From: an uncultured beta proteobacterium
Lineage (GTDB): Bacteria > Pseudomonadota > Gammaproteobacteria > Burkholderiales > Gallionellaceae
Assembly (NCBI GenBank): GCA_963757485.1
Contig: CAVWTZ010000123.1
Coordinates: 2,051-66,050, forward strand
Direction: 5' to 3'
Length of the DNA: 64,000 bases
Under the pieces are notes generated by a model. It worked only from the letters and a program-made list of their open reading frames with translations. It made no database searches and was not told where the DNA came from. Positions within the stretch are counted from its first letter, which is position 1. The number at the start of each line of letters is the position of its first letter. Shown here piece after piece: positions 1 to 10,085 of the stretch. The position numbers and the translations under genes are program-made.

Positions 1-960
1 CCGGGAATCATTGAACAGGCCGTCTGGGATGCGGTTCGAGCAAAGCTCTCTGAAAACCGGCAGGGGACCAGGCAACGCGTGGGTGCCCAGTCCCTGAGTC
101 TGCTGGCTGGCCTGGTGTGGGACGAACATGAAGACCGTCTGACGCCCAGCCATAGTAAAAAGGGCGAACGACGCTATCGTTATTACATCAGCAACCGTCT
201 GCTGCAACAAAGCAGGGAGGAGGCTCCGGACGCCCTGCGGATTCCGGCGAACGAACTGGAAGGGGTCGTGATTCAGGCACTGCGCGAATTTCTGCAGCAG
301 GACTCCGTCCTCTTCAGCCTGCTGGAACAAAGAGGGATGCATCAGGCACATCAGGTTCAGCCCGTCCTGAAGCGTGCCCGGTCATGGGTGCAAATGATCG
401 AAGATCCAGCGGCCACCGCACAGCCTAGCACTGACAATCAATCCCGATTGGCGGTACTCCAGGCCCTGATCCAACGGATCGTCGTAGGACGAGAGGCGGT
501 TCAAATCAGTGTCAGGTTGAACGGCCTGCTGGACGTGACCAAGGAGCCGGGTCAATCCACCCCTTCCTCGAAAGCAGATGAAGAGCAGGATATTCATCTG
601 CTCTCGCTGCCGATTCAATTGAAGCGCAGCGGCATGGCAGTACGCCTGATGGTCCAGGGTGGGATGCGGGAGCGGGGTGCCGATCCCCGCCTAATCCAGC
701 TGCTTGCCAAAGGGCATGACTGGTTTGAACGATTGATTTCCGGGAAAGCCAGAAGCCTGCAGGACATCGCCGAAAAAGACGGGGTGGACAGTAACTATGT
801 CACCCGGGTGATCAATCTGTCCTTCCTGGCCCCGGACATCATCGGGGCGATCCTTGAAGGCAGGCAGCCGACCAATGTCACGGCCGATACCATCATGGAC
901 CAGTTTCCGCTGCCTATCGACTGGGCCGATCAAAGAAAGCTGCTGGGCTTCAGACACTGA
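1..960 (+). CDS. Large serine recombinase family protein, C-terminal part (5' end outside window)
   Basis: Open frame runs from the window edge; 'LTPSHSKKGERRYRYYIS' and C-terminal 'YVTRVINLSFLAPDIIGAILEGRQP' are typical of recombinases on tRNA-integrated elements; ends 260 bp from a tRNA 3' end. Confidence 0.75.
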   Translation, partial: PGIIEQAVWDAVRAKLSENRQGTRQRVGAQSLSLLAGLVWDEHEDRLTPSHSKKGERRYRYYISNRLLQQSREEAPDALRIPANELEGVVIQALREFLQQDSVLFSLLEQRGMHQAHQVQPVLKRARSWVQMIEDPAATAQPSTDNQSRLAVLQALIQRIVVGREAVQISVRLNGLLDVTKEPGQSTPSSKADEEQDIHLLSLPIQLKRSGMAVRLMVQGGMRERGADPRLIQLLAKGHDWFERLISGKARSLQDIAEKDGVDSNYVTRVINLSFLAPDIIGAILEGRQPTNVTADTIMDQFPLPIDWADQRKLLGFRH

Positions 961-1220
961 TCAGGCCGGCGTGCAAAAATACCTCCACGCTCGTACCAGA
1001 AAACTCTCCAGTAGCACCGAGTCATCCCGCATTCTTAGTTAAAATAGCCTGAGTAAACAATTTCTAAAAATGCGAGGCAGAGAATGGCCGGTGAAAATGG
1101 CCGGAAGTTGCATAAATCCCGGGGATTTCGAAAAGCAGAGAATGTTCCAACTGGCAAAGACCCGCACACTGCGGGGCTTACCGCAAAGAACTACTATATT
1201 GCTGGCGGGGTAAACAATTC

Positions 1221-1311
1221 TGGCGGAGAGGGGGGGATTCGAACCCCCGTTGGGATATTATCCCAAACACGCTTTCCAGGCGTGCGACTTAAACCGCTCA
1301 TCCACCTCTCC
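1221..1311 (-). tRNA. tRNA-Ser(GGA)
   Basis: Reverse complement GGAGAGGTGGATGAGCGG...CACGC-CT-GGA-AA-GCGTG, long variable arm, GGTTCGAATCC T-loop, CTCTCCGCCA end. Confidence 0.97.
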
Positions 1312-1351
1312 GAAGGGCGCGCAGGATATCCCAGAACGCCTTTCGTCGCAA

Positions 1352-2128
1352 TCAGAAATGGTTCTTCCACTCGCGCATCGCAGTGAATACGCCCAGTTCA
1401 CTGACATCACGCTCACTGGTGCCGATCAGGCCGCGCTGTTGCAGGGTGCGGATGATTTCCGGCTGGGTGCAGCGCAGGAAGGGATTGGTGGCTTTTTCCA
1501 GCGCAATGGTGGAGGGCAGCGTGATGCGGTTCTCCGCACGCAATTGCTGGGTGGCGGCGATGCGCTGTTGCACGGCGGGATTGTCCGGTTCGCAGGCCAG
1601 CGCGAAACGCAGGTTGGCGGCAGTGTATTCGTGGGCGCAATACACGCGTGTGGTGTCGGGCAGCATCGCCAGACGTTCAAGCGAATGGTGCAGTTGCGCC
1701 GGGGTTCCTTCAAAGTTTCTGCCGCAGCCTGCGCCGAACAGCACGTCGCCGCAAAACACGATCCCCGGCGCGAGATAGGCGATATGGTCGTCGAGATGCC
1801 CGGGAATCTCGATGATGTCGAACCGGACGCCAAGTTCTGCCAGCTTGAGCTTGTCGCCCTCGCGCAGCTCGTTGGTGATATGCGGGTTTTTGGGATGTCG
1901 CCGCCCGTACACCGGCACGTTGTATACTTCACGCAATTTTGCGATGCCGCCGATGTGGTCTGCATGGCGGTGGGTACACAGGATTGCATCCAGCCGCAGG
2001 CCGTGCGCAGCGAGGAATGCCTGCACCGGCGCGGCTTCGCCGGGATCGACCACGGCAGCATGCCGGTTGTCGTGTATGGCCCAGATGTAATTGTCCTGCA
2101 GGGCAGGGATGGCGGTGATGTCGAACAT
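1352..2128 (-). CDS. gloB: Hydroxyacylglutathione hydrolase (glyoxalase II)
   Basis: 'DNYIW', 'THRHADHIGG', 'FCGDVLFGAGCG', 'YCAHEYT', 'EKATNPFLR'; conserved gloB-yafS-rnhA-dnaQ order. Confidence 0.97.
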   Translation of the reverse strand: MFDITAIPALQDNYIWAIHDNRHAAVVDPGEAAPVQAFLAAHGLRLDAILCTHRHADHIGGIAKLREVYNVPVYGRRHPKNPHITNELREGDKLKLAELGVRFDIIEIPGHLDDHIAYLAPGIVFCGDVLFGAGCGRNFEGTPAQLHHSLERLAMLPDTTRVYCAHEYTAANLRFALACEPDNPAVQQRIAATQQLRAENRITLPSTIALEKATNPFLRCTQPEIIRTLQQRGLIGTSERDVSELGVFTAMREWKNHF

Positions 2129-2149
2129 GGAGCAAATGGAAGTTGAGCG

Positions 2150-2902
2150 ATGCCGAATTGTAAGTCAACCACGAAAAGTCTGAGCGAATGGTTTGCGTGC
2201 CCGCAGGGCGGCTATGTGCTCAAGTACGAACAAGCGTACTTCGACCGCACGGTCAGCGGCATGTTCGGCTACAACGCTCTGCAATTGGGTTTGCCAGAGC
2301 ATGATTATTTGCGCGGTAGCCGGATACCGCTGCGTTTCAGCGCGGGGAACCAGGAAGGGAACGCGGTGCGCCTGATCTGCACCGAGCTTCCGTTTGACTG
2401 CGACTGCATGGATCTGGTGGTGTTGCCGCATGTTCTCGAGTTTTCCGAGTACCCGCACCAGATACTGCGCGAGGCTGCACGGGTGCTGAGGCCGGAAGGC
2501 AACCTGATCATCAGCGGCTTCAACCCGCACAGCCTGTGGGGATTGCATCGCGCGCTGGGCCGGCGGCAGGGCTATCCATGGCAAGGCCAGTTCATCGCGC
2601 TGAACCGCATCAAGGACTGGCTGGCCCTGCTGGGTTTCGAAGTGGCGGGAGTTCGCTTTGCAGCCTATGCACCGCCGTTTCACCAGGCCAAATGGTTGGA
2701 ACGTTTCGCCTTCATGGAAGCGGCGGGTGACCGCTGGTGGGCGGTGAGCGGCGGGGTGTATTTTGTGCACGCGATCAAGCGTGTGCACGGGATGCGGCTG
2801 ATCAAGCCGAAATGGAACGAGGGACTGGTGAGCAAGTTGTTGCCGGTCACACCCAAGTTGAACAACAAGATTACCCGGCGTAACGAGACCGATCCGCAAT
2901 GA
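2150..2902 (+). CDS. Class I SAM-dependent methyltransferase (YafS-like)
   Basis: 'FGYNALQLG', '[11 protein letters not shown]', '[12 protein letters not shown]', 'GFNPHSLWG'; lies between gloB and rnhA. Confidence 0.9.
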   Translation: MPNCKSTTKSLSEWFACPQGGYVLKYEQAYFDRTVSGMFGYNALQLGLPEHDYLRGSRIPLRFSAGNQEGNAVRLICTELPFDCDCMDLVVLPHVLEFSEYPHQILREAARVLRPEGNLIISGFNPHSLWGLHRALGRRQGYPWQGQFIALNRIKDWLALLGFEVAGVRFAAYAPPFHQAKWLERFAFMEAAGDRWWAVSGGVYFVHAIKRVHGMRLIKPKWNEGLVSKLLPVTPKLNNKITRRNETDPQ

Positions 2903-3390
2903 GCAAGGAAACGAAGGATACCGTTGAGATTTTTACCGATGGTGCATGCAAGGGCAATCCCGGCGTGGGCGGATGGGGCGCGCTGCTGCGCAGCAAAGGC
3001 AAGGAGCGCGAACTGTTCGGCGGCGAGGCGCACACCACCAACAACCGCATGGAGCTGATGGGCGCGATCGCGGCGCTGGAAGCATTGAAGCGGCACTGCC
3101 ATGTGCGTCTGCATACCGACTCGAAATACGTGCAGCAGGGCATCAGCCAATGGATACACGGATGGAAGCAGCGCGGCTGGAAAACCGCCGACAAGAAGCC
3201 GGTAAAGAACGAAGACCTGTGGCGCCGGCTCGACGCGCTGGCGGTGGATCACACGGTTGAATGGGTCTGGGTCAAGGGACATGCAGGCCACGACGGCAAC
3301 GAGCGCGCCGATGAATTGGCGAACCGCGGCGTGGAGATGATTTTCGAAAAGCTCGGCGCCGGCGACATTCGGGAGAACAACAATGCATAA
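2899..3390 (+). CDS. rnhA: Ribonuclease HI
   Basis: '[11 protein letters not shown]', 'TTNNRMEL', 'TDSKYV', '[16 protein letters not shown]'. Confidence 0.98.
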   Translation: MSKETKDTVEIFTDGACKGNPGVGGWGALLRSKGKERELFGGEAHTTNNRMELMGAIAALEALKRHCHVRLHTDSKYVQQGISQWIHGWKQRGWKTADKKPVKNEDLWRRLDALAVDHTVEWVWVKGHAGHDGNERADELANRGVEMIFEKLGAGDIRENNNA

Positions 3391-4228
3391 GGACACTTCC
3401 AGACCTTCTGGTTTTCGGGATGCAGCGCAAGGCGCACGGAGCGCAGAATCCAGGACAGCACACGACGTGCGGCGAGATTCGAGCACCGCGCAATCTAGCG
3501 ATGCGCCCGAAAAAAGCATTTATGGGGGTGTCCGGAAGATCGTGCTGGATACCGAGACGACCGGCCTGGATCCCAGACAGGGGCACCGCATCATCGAGTT
3601 GGCGGCGATCGAGCTGGACGGCCGCAAGGTATCGCTGCGCCGCTTCCACCGCTATCTCAATCCGGAGCGCGAGATCGAGGCGGGCGCGGTGGCGGTGCAC
3701 GGCTTGACCTACGAGCGCCTGCAGAACGAGCCGAAGTTCGCCGATATTGCGACAAGTTTTCTCGAATTCATCGAGGATGCAGAACTCATCATCCACAATG
3801 CGCCGTTCGATATCGGATTCCTGAATCACGAGCTGGGCCTGATCGGCTTGCCTCCGTTGCAGAACCAGGTGACGGATACCCTCAGGATGGCGCGCGAAAT
3901 GCATCCTGGCAAGAAGAACAGCCTGGATGCGCTGTGCGGCCGCTACGAGATCGACAACGCGCATCGCAGCCTGCACGGCGCGTTGCTCGATACCGAGTTG
4001 CTTGCCGATGTTTATTTTGCGATGACGCGCGGACAGGAAAGCCTGCTCGGCGACGATATGCCGATGGCGCGCAAACCCGCCGTGCTGGCCATCGATGCGG
4101 CGCGCCCCAAATTGCGCGTGCTGCAGCCCAGCGCCGATGAGCTGGCCGAGCACGAACGGCAGCTTGCCGACATCGACAAGGCCAGCAAGGGCGCGTGTTT
4201 GTGGATGAAGCTGGAAGGGTCTGCGTGA
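3383..4228 (+). CDS. dnaQ: DNA polymerase III epsilon subunit with a ~49-aa N-terminal insertion from a palindromic element
   Basis: 'IVLDTETTG', '[10 protein letters not shown]', '[11 protein letters not shown]', 'MTRGQ'; RBS-like GGGAGA before ATG 3383; no in-frame ATG directly before the RKIVLD core. Confidence 0.95.
   Translation: MHKDTSRPSGFRDAAQGARSAESRTAHDVRRDSSTAQSSDAPEKSIYGGVRKIVLDTETTGLDPRQGHRIIELAAIELDGRKVSLRRFHRYLNPEREIEAGAVAVHGLTYERLQNEPKFADIATSFLEFIEDAELIIHNAPFDIGFLNHELGLIGLPPLQNQVTDTLRMAREMHPGKKNSLDALCGRYEIDNAHRSLHGALLDTELLADVYFAMTRGQESLLGDDMPMARKPAVLAIDAARPKLRVLQPSADELAEHERQLADIDKASKGACLWMKLEGSA
3391..3533. repeat. ~143-bp palindromic (RPE-like/MITE-like) element inside dnaQ
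   Basis: Ends GGACAC...GTGTCC with inner inverted arms TTTTCGGG/CCCGAAAA; similar to the copies at 22570, 42014 and 47260. Confidence 0.8.
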
Positions 4229-4303
4229 TCACGCCCGGTTCGAAGCACTCCAACAATAAATCTTTCCAATAAATCATGCCCGTCGCGGGCATTGTCAAAA
4301 TAC

Positions 4304-5521
4304 ATGAAAACAGATGTGATCATTATCGGATCGGGCGCGGCGGGCCTGATGTGCGCGATGCAGGCCGGACAGCGCGGACGCTCCGTGGTGCTGCTCGACC
4401 ATGCCAAAAAGCTTGCGGAGAAGATCCGCATTTCCGGCGGCGGGCGTTGCAATTTCACCAACATCAACGCGCGGCCGGAAAATTTCATATCCACCAACCC
4501 GGATTTTTGCCGCTCGGCGCTGGCGCGCTATACGCCGCGGGATTTCATTGAGTTGCTGCAAAAGCACAACATCGGCTACCACGAAAAGACGCTCGGTCAA
4601 TTGTTCTGCGACGATGAATCGGAAGCCGTAATCGCGATGCTGCGCGACGAATGCGAGGCGGCGGGCGTGAAGCGTTTCATGAACTGCGAGGTGGACGAGA
4701 TCGATTATTATCCCGAACCCGAGGACGGCGAGCCCAAACAGCATGAGCACCGCTTCCATGTCAGCACCTCGCGCGGCGATTTCAATTCCGAATCGCTGGT
4801 GATCGCAACCGGCGGCCTGTCCATACCCAAGACCGGGGCGACCCCGTACGGCTATCACGTCGCGGAACAATTCGGCATCCCGATCACCAAACTCAAACCC
4901 GGCCTGGTGCCGCTGACTTTTGCGCCGGACGACTGGAAGGCCTATGCCGGACTGACCGGCGTCTCGCTCGATGTCGTGGTGAGTTTCGGCAAGCAATCGT
5001 TCAGGGAAAACATGCTGGTCACGCACCGCGGCCTGAGCGGCCCGGCCATATTGCAGATTTCTTCCTACTGGCAGCATGGCAAACCGCTGCACATCAACCT
5101 GCTGCCCGATCTCGACATGCTGGCTTTGCTGACCGAACAGAAGACCGGCAAAAAATTGCTGAGCAACTACCTGGCGCAATGGTTCCCGAAAAGCTTTGCC
5201 GATGTGTGGTGCGCGCAGTTGGCCGAACACAAGAAGATCGAAAACAAACCGCTCAACCAGTACAACGACAAGGAGCGCAAACTGATCGCCGCGCAGTTGC
5301 ACGACTGGCAGGTCATCCCGTCCGGCACGGCCGGTTACGGCAAGGCGGAAGTGACCTGCGGCGGGATCGACACCCGCGCGTTGTCGTCCAAGACCATGGA
5401 ATGCATCGAGGTGCCCGGACTGTATTTCATCGGCGAAGTGGTGGACGTCACCGGATGGCTGGGCGGCTACAACTTCCAGTGGGCCTGGGCTTCGGGCTAC
5501 GCGGCGGGGCAGGCGGTTTAG
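4304..5521 (+). CDS. HI0933/BaiN-family NAD(P)/FAD-dependent flavoprotein
   Basis: 'IIGSGAAG', 'KIRISGGGRCNFTN', 'THRGLSGPA', 'GWLGGYNFQWAWASG'. Confidence 0.95.
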   Translation: MKTDVIIIGSGAAGLMCAMQAGQRGRSVVLLDHAKKLAEKIRISGGGRCNFTNINARPENFISTNPDFCRSALARYTPRDFIELLQKHNIGYHEKTLGQLFCDDESEAVIAMLRDECEAAGVKRFMNCEVDEIDYYPEPEDGEPKQHEHRFHVSTSRGDFNSESLVIATGGLSIPKTGATPYGYHVAEQFGIPITKLKPGLVPLTFAPDDWKAYAGLTGVSLDVVVSFGKQSFRENMLVTHRGLSGPAILQISSYWQHGKPLHINLLPDLDMLALLTEQKTGKKLLSNYLAQWFPKSFADVWCAQLAEHKKIENKPLNQYNDKERKLIAAQLHDWQVIPSGTAGYGKAEVTCGGIDTRALSSKTMECIEVPGLYFIGEVVDVTGWLGGYNFQWAWASGYAAGQAV

Positions 5522-5692
5522 AGTGAAGGTAACACAGTTTCAGATCCACTGATTTGATCGCAAAGCTCGAACGGCAGCTTTCGGGTAAGCTATTACAAAG
5601 ATCGATGGGCTGCTTCGTGCCAATAAGCGAGCTTCACTATTCTCCATGGCTGATAATGGTTTTTCAATGAATCAATTTTGTAGCAAGTTCTA

Positions 5693-6925
5693 CTAGAAGC
5701 CAGTAGTCACCGTGCCACCTGACCCGAAGGTAGTATCAATTGAACCGTTGCTACTGAGTCGTGCCAACGCAAAATCGTCACCGCTCAAGTCATTCTTATA
5801 GGTACTTCCTGCCAACACAATCTTACCGTCAGTTTGGAGTGCTGAATCATTGACGAAGCTACTAACGAATCCATTAAAGCCGCCCCAATAGTCTCCTCCT
5901 TGTTTTATTATCTTCCCTCCTGTACCGAATGTCGCATCGGGAGTGCCACCGCTGTTGTAGCGGCAGAGGACAAAATTAGATGGGGAATATCCAGCTGAAA
6001 ATATCTTGCCGGTGGCAGCATCTGGCATAACGGTAGTAGGACTTAGCTGGTAAAGATTTGAAACGGAAATGATTACGGTCCCGCTGCCACCGAAGTTGGC
6101 ATCCGTGCTACCGTCGCTGTTGTAACGCATCAGGGCAAGATCATAGGAAACACCATTATAGTAACTGGCCGCTCCGACGATCTTACCGTCGGCTTGGATA
6201 GCTATGGAGGATGCGGCACTATTGACTTGGCCGCCAACCCCGAAGGTCGGATCTAGGGTTCCACTCGGATCGTAACGGCTGAGTTGGGCACCATTGGATG
6301 CCAGGATCATGCCGTCAATTTGGATGGCTATGCTGGACCCGCCACTATTGGCCACCGCTCCGCCACTTCCAAAGTTCGTATCGAAGCTACCATTGCTGTT
6401 GTAACGGTGAAGTTCGGAACCGACACTTGCGAGGATTTTGCCGTCACTCTGGATGGCAACGGCGCTGATATAACCACTACCTATGTCCACCTTTCCATCC
6501 ACTCCAAAGCTTGTATCCAGACTGCCGTTACTGTTGTAACGTATCAAAGCATAATCAAGCGTGCTGGGGTTGTATCCGGGTATTATGATTTTGCCGTCAC
6601 TCTGAATTACAATAATATTAGAAGAGACAGCAGTATTCCCGGAAAACGTCAGCACCTGTCCGCCAGCCCCAAAGCTCGTATCGAGACTTCCATCGCTGTT
6701 ATATCTTGCCAAAGCAGAATTCAGGCTGTAGGTTTTACTATAGGAATTTCCGGCGGCCACGATTTTTCCATCGCTTTGAATAGCGACGGCATATGCCCGG
6801 TCATTAGTTGTTGCTGTATTCCCGCCACCGCCACCGCCACCGCAACCACTGAGTAACAATATGGAAGAGACTATCAGGCAGATAGAATATCGAGTTGAGT
6901 GGTGGCATTCCCAAATCTGATGCAC
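5693..6925 (-). CDS. Delta-60-repeat (beta-propeller) lipoprotein
   Basis: Lipobox 'LLSGC' plus a Gly run; about seven repeats of 'AIQxDGKI...RYNSxGSLDTSFG'; lower GC; start codon uncertain. Confidence 0.85.
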   Translation of the reverse strand: MHQIWECHHSTRYSICLIVSSILLLSGCGGGGGGGNTATTNDRAYAVAIQSDGKIVAAGNSYSKTYSLNSALARYNSDGSLDTSFGAGGQVLTFSGNTAVSSNIIVIQSDGKIIIPGYNPSTLDYALIRYNSNGSLDTSFGVDGKVDIGSGYISAVAIQSDGKILASVGSELHRYNSNGSFDTNFGSGGAVANSGGSSIAIQIDGMILASNGAQLSRYDPSGTLDPTFGVGGQVNSAASSIAIQADGKIVGAASYYNGVSYDLALMRYNSDGSTDANFGGSGTVIISVSNLYQLSPTTVMPDAATGKIFSAGYSPSNFVLCRYNSGGTPDATFGTGGKIIKQGGDYWGGFNGFVSSFVNDSALQTDGKIVLAGSTYKNDLSGDDFALARLSSNGSIDTTFGSGGTVTTGF

Positions 6926-7129
6926 GTTAAGCTCTTGTATGTAACTGAGAAGTCAGGGCTATGAATCAATGAATATTCGAGAAACCTTATACACCCCCCA
7001 AATTCATAATTCAACGGAGTAAATTACGCATATATTAGTAGCGGAAATTGAATCGCGACGGACCACTTTGTGTCGGCAAGAGACATCCGGATTGAATTGC
7101 TTATTTTAGATTCTATGTCCGCTGTGTGT

Positions 7130-9116
7130 GTGCGCCGTGCAAAGGCGGCGCTTTTCCAGTGGGTGCAAATCCCACCCGGCCAATTAGCTCCAGCCGGAAG
7201 CAACCGGAGCAACTATGGAGGCAACGAAATGGTTGAAGCCTTCGGGTAAAGCGTGTCACGAATTGGTGACAGCGCGAGTGTGCAGGCCGTAACGTGAGTG
7301 AACGCTGAGCAAGCCTCGAAAAGGACAATGCACAGGCCGACCCGACCACACTTTCGGGGAAGGTTGATACAACTGGATGGAAGAGCAAGCAATACCACCA
7401 GTTGCTGTGCCGGGGTAGTGGCGACAGCATGTACACAAGGAAAGCGCGCGCAACACGGGAAGCCCCTTGGTGTGATCAGGGGTGATCAACCGGACGCCCG
7501 CGAGGGACAGGCCGGGCACCCTGGGGTGACGGAGAGGTTCGTAGTACTGCCGAAACCGGGTAATGCTGGTGGAGGGAAGGAACCTCAGTTCAAGATAGAC
7601 GCAAGACGTAGTGAGGACGTGGAGATTGGGTAACCTATCAACTCCGAGTAGTGTTCAGAAGCTGCAGATGGCGTTACACGCAAAAGCGAAGTCAGAAGCT
7701 GGCTATCGTTTCTATGCGCTGTACGACAAGATCAGCCGCGAGGATATTCTGGCTCATGCCTATGCTCAGTGCCGCTCGAACAAGGGCGCACCGGGCGTGG
7801 ACGGACAGGACTTTGCGGACATCGAGGCGTACGGAGTGCCGCGATGGCTGGCCGAACTGGCGCTTGCGCTCAGAGAAGAGAACTACCGACCTGACCCGAT
7901 TAGGAGAGTGTACATCCCGAAAGCCAATGGCAAACTCAGGCCGCTGGGCATTTCCACCTTGCGCGATCGGGTCTGCATGACAGCAGCGATGCTGGTGCTG
8001 GAACCGATCTTCGAAGCCGACCTCCCACCCGAGCAATATGCCTACCGACCGGGCCGCAATGCCCAGCAGGCGGCAGAGGAAGTGGAGGAGCGCCTGCACC
8101 GAGGTCAAACGGATGTCGTCGACGCCGATCTCGCGGACTACTTCGGCAGCATCCCACACCCCGAACTGATGCAATCGCTCGCGCGACGCATCGTTGATCG
8201 GCGTGTGCTGCATCTGATCAAGATGTGGCTGGAATGCGCCGTTGAAGAGACCGACCAACGAGGCAGGAAAACACGAAGCACCGAGGCCAAGGATAAAGGG
8301 CGAGGCATCCCACAAGGCTCGCCAATTTCACCACTGCTGTCGAATCTGTACATGCGGCGGTTTGTATTGGCGTGGAAGAAACTGGGGCTGGAGCGAAGAC
8401 TGGGCAGTCGAATCGTTACCTATGCGGATGATCTTGTGATTCTGTGCAAACGTGGCAAGGCGGAAGAAGCGCTGCAATGGATGCGCGCGATCATGGGCAA
8501 GCTGAAGTTGACGGTGAACGAGGAAAAGACACGCACCTGTAGGGTTCCGGAAGGGGAGTTCGACTTTCTGGGTTACACGTTTGGGAAAAGATATTCGGCG
8601 ATCACAGGGAAGGCTCGTATTGCCTTGTGGCCGTCGAAGAAAAGCATTCGGCGCATGATCGAAAAGGTCTATGAGCTGACGCTTATCTCAGGAACATGGC
8701 AAGAGACCACAGAGCTGATTGGCAAGTTGAATCGCATGTTGCGCGGCTGGGCGAACTACTTTAGTGTAGGTACAGTCAGTCGTGCGTATCGTGCACTCGA
8801 CAGCTACACGGCTGTGCGGTTGCGGCAGTGGCTGCGCAACAAGCATAAGGTCAGGCGCAGAAGGGGCGGGGCATATCCACTCTCGCACCTCTACGGGTAT
8901 TTTGGACTCGTACGTCTGAGCGCGCGAGGGCGCAGCGTGGCGTGGGCGAAAGCGTGAGGTCTTGTCCGAGAGCCGGATGCGGGAAATCTGCATGTCCGGT
9001 TCGATGAGAGGGGTGTGGAAACGGGGTTAAGGTAAGGGTATTAGGGCACCGCCAAACGAAAGGGGCGGCAACAGACAAACCAAACCTACTTCTACCGCGC
9101 CACATCCCGACTCTAC
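7130..9116 (+). mobile_element. Group II intron (apparently complete, no En domain)
   Basis: 5' GTGCG at 7130; RT ORF; domain V GAGCCGGATGCGGGAAATCTGCATGTCCGGTTC near 8969-9002; 3' end ...CCCGACTCTAC at 9116. Confidence 0.9.
7611..8957 (+). CDS. ltrA: Group II intron reverse transcriptase/maturase
   Basis: 'GAPGVDG', '[11 protein letters not shown]', '[17 protein letters not shown]', 'YADD', 'FDFLGY', X domain 'LRGWANYF'. Confidence 0.96.
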   Translation: MRTWRLGNLSTPSSVQKLQMALHAKAKSEAGYRFYALYDKISREDILAHAYAQCRSNKGAPGVDGQDFADIEAYGVPRWLAELALALREENYRPDPIRRVYIPKANGKLRPLGISTLRDRVCMTAAMLVLEPIFEADLPPEQYAYRPGRNAQQAAEEVEERLHRGQTDVVDADLADYFGSIPHPELMQSLARRIVDRRVLHLIKMWLECAVEETDQRGRKTRSTEAKDKGRGIPQGSPISPLLSNLYMRRFVLAWKKLGLERRLGSRIVTYADDLVILCKRGKAEEALQWMRAIMGKLKLTVNEEKTRTCRVPEGEFDFLGYTFGKRYSAITGKARIALWPSKKSIRRMIEKVYELTLISGTWQETTELIGKLNRMLRGWANYFSVGTVSRAYRALDSYTAVRLRQWLRNKHKVRRRRGGAYPLSHLYGYFGLVRLSARGRSVAWAKA

Positions 9117-9117
9117 C

Positions 9118-9312
9118 GATTCTGTTGAAAGATTTTTTTTGCACCTCCCGTAAATCTCGGGAATTTCAGGTGCATCATCAAATCGCACTTGTCCGCCCGC
9201 AGGCGTGTAGTTTGACCGATCATGGTTGAGTTTAAGGATGGCTTGGATACCCCTCCGTAGCGAAAAAAAATTGTAAAAGCGCCCTGTGAGGCTAGAGTTT
9301 TATAACAGAATA
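9118..9312. mobile_element. MITE with IS1182-like terminal inverted repeats (copy 1)
   Basis: Ends GATTCTGTTGAAA...TTATAACAGAATA; 4-bp TSD TGTC with the left copy split by the intron; clearly similar in reverse complement to 61214-61432; family assignment is inference. Confidence 0.8.
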
Positions 9313-9469
9313 TGTCGAAAACAGAACTTGGCGAATAACTGCTATTGGGAAGTGAACTATCGAGTTGTGTAATAGCGGTTCGAGGTTGGTATGAGGGAGC
9401 AGAACCGTTATTCCGTTTAGTGCTATAGTTCCTTCAAATTATTTTACATCCAACCCGGAGGAACCAACG

Positions 9470-10084
9470 ATGCGTATTTTGTGGATGGTATTACTGGCTA
9501 CCTTGTTGAGCGGCTGTGGCTACAACACATTTCAGAGCAACGATGAGCAGATAAAGGCGAGTTGGGCGGAAGTGCTGAACCAGTACCAGCGGCGCGCCGA
9601 TCTGATTCCCAACCTGGTCAACACCGTCAAGGGCTATGCCGCCCAGGAAAAGAGCGTGCTGCTGGGCGTTACCGAGGCGCGCGCCAGGGTCGGCAGCATC
9701 CAGGCCACGCCCGAACTGATCAACGACCCCGAGGCATTCGCCAAATTCCAGGCAGCGCAGGGCCAGCTGACGTCGGCATTGAGCCGGCTGCTGGTGGTGA
9801 CGGAGAATTACCCGCAGTTGAAATCCGACCAGAATTTCCGCGACCTGCAGGCGCAGCTGGAAGGCACGGAAAACCGCATCACCGTGGCGCGCAACCGCTA
9901 CATCCAGGCGGTTCAGGCATACAACACCGCGGTACGCACTTTCCCGAGCAACCTGACGGCAATGGTCTTTGGCTACAAGGTCAAGCCGTCGTTCACGGTG
10001 GAAAACGAACAACAGATATCGCGTCCGCCTGCAGTGGATTTCTCCGCGCCCTCTGCGCCCAAGGTTCCGGTATCGGTGGATTGA
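9470..10084 (+). CDS. lemA: LemA family lipoprotein
   Basis: 'LSGCGYN', 'QYQRRADLIPNLV', 'ENYPQLKS..NFRDLQAQLEGTENRI'. Confidence 0.95.
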   Translation: MRILWMVLLATLLSGCGYNTFQSNDEQIKASWAEVLNQYQRRADLIPNLVNTVKGYAAQEKSVLLGVTEARARVGSIQATPELINDPEAFAKFQAAQGQLTSALSRLLVVTENYPQLKSDQNFRDLQAQLEGTENRITVARNRYIQAVQAYNTAVRTFPSNLTAMVFGYKVKPSFTVENEQQISRPPAVDFSAPSAPKVPVSVD

Positions 10085-10085
10085 C

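Noticed and set aside
1084-1386. 100-aa ORF
   Set aside because: It overlaps the tRNA-Ser gene in antisense and is spurious.
7611-8957. RT as a retron, DGR or defence RT
   Set aside because: It has the X domain, a GTGCG start, domain V and an AC end of a group II intron.
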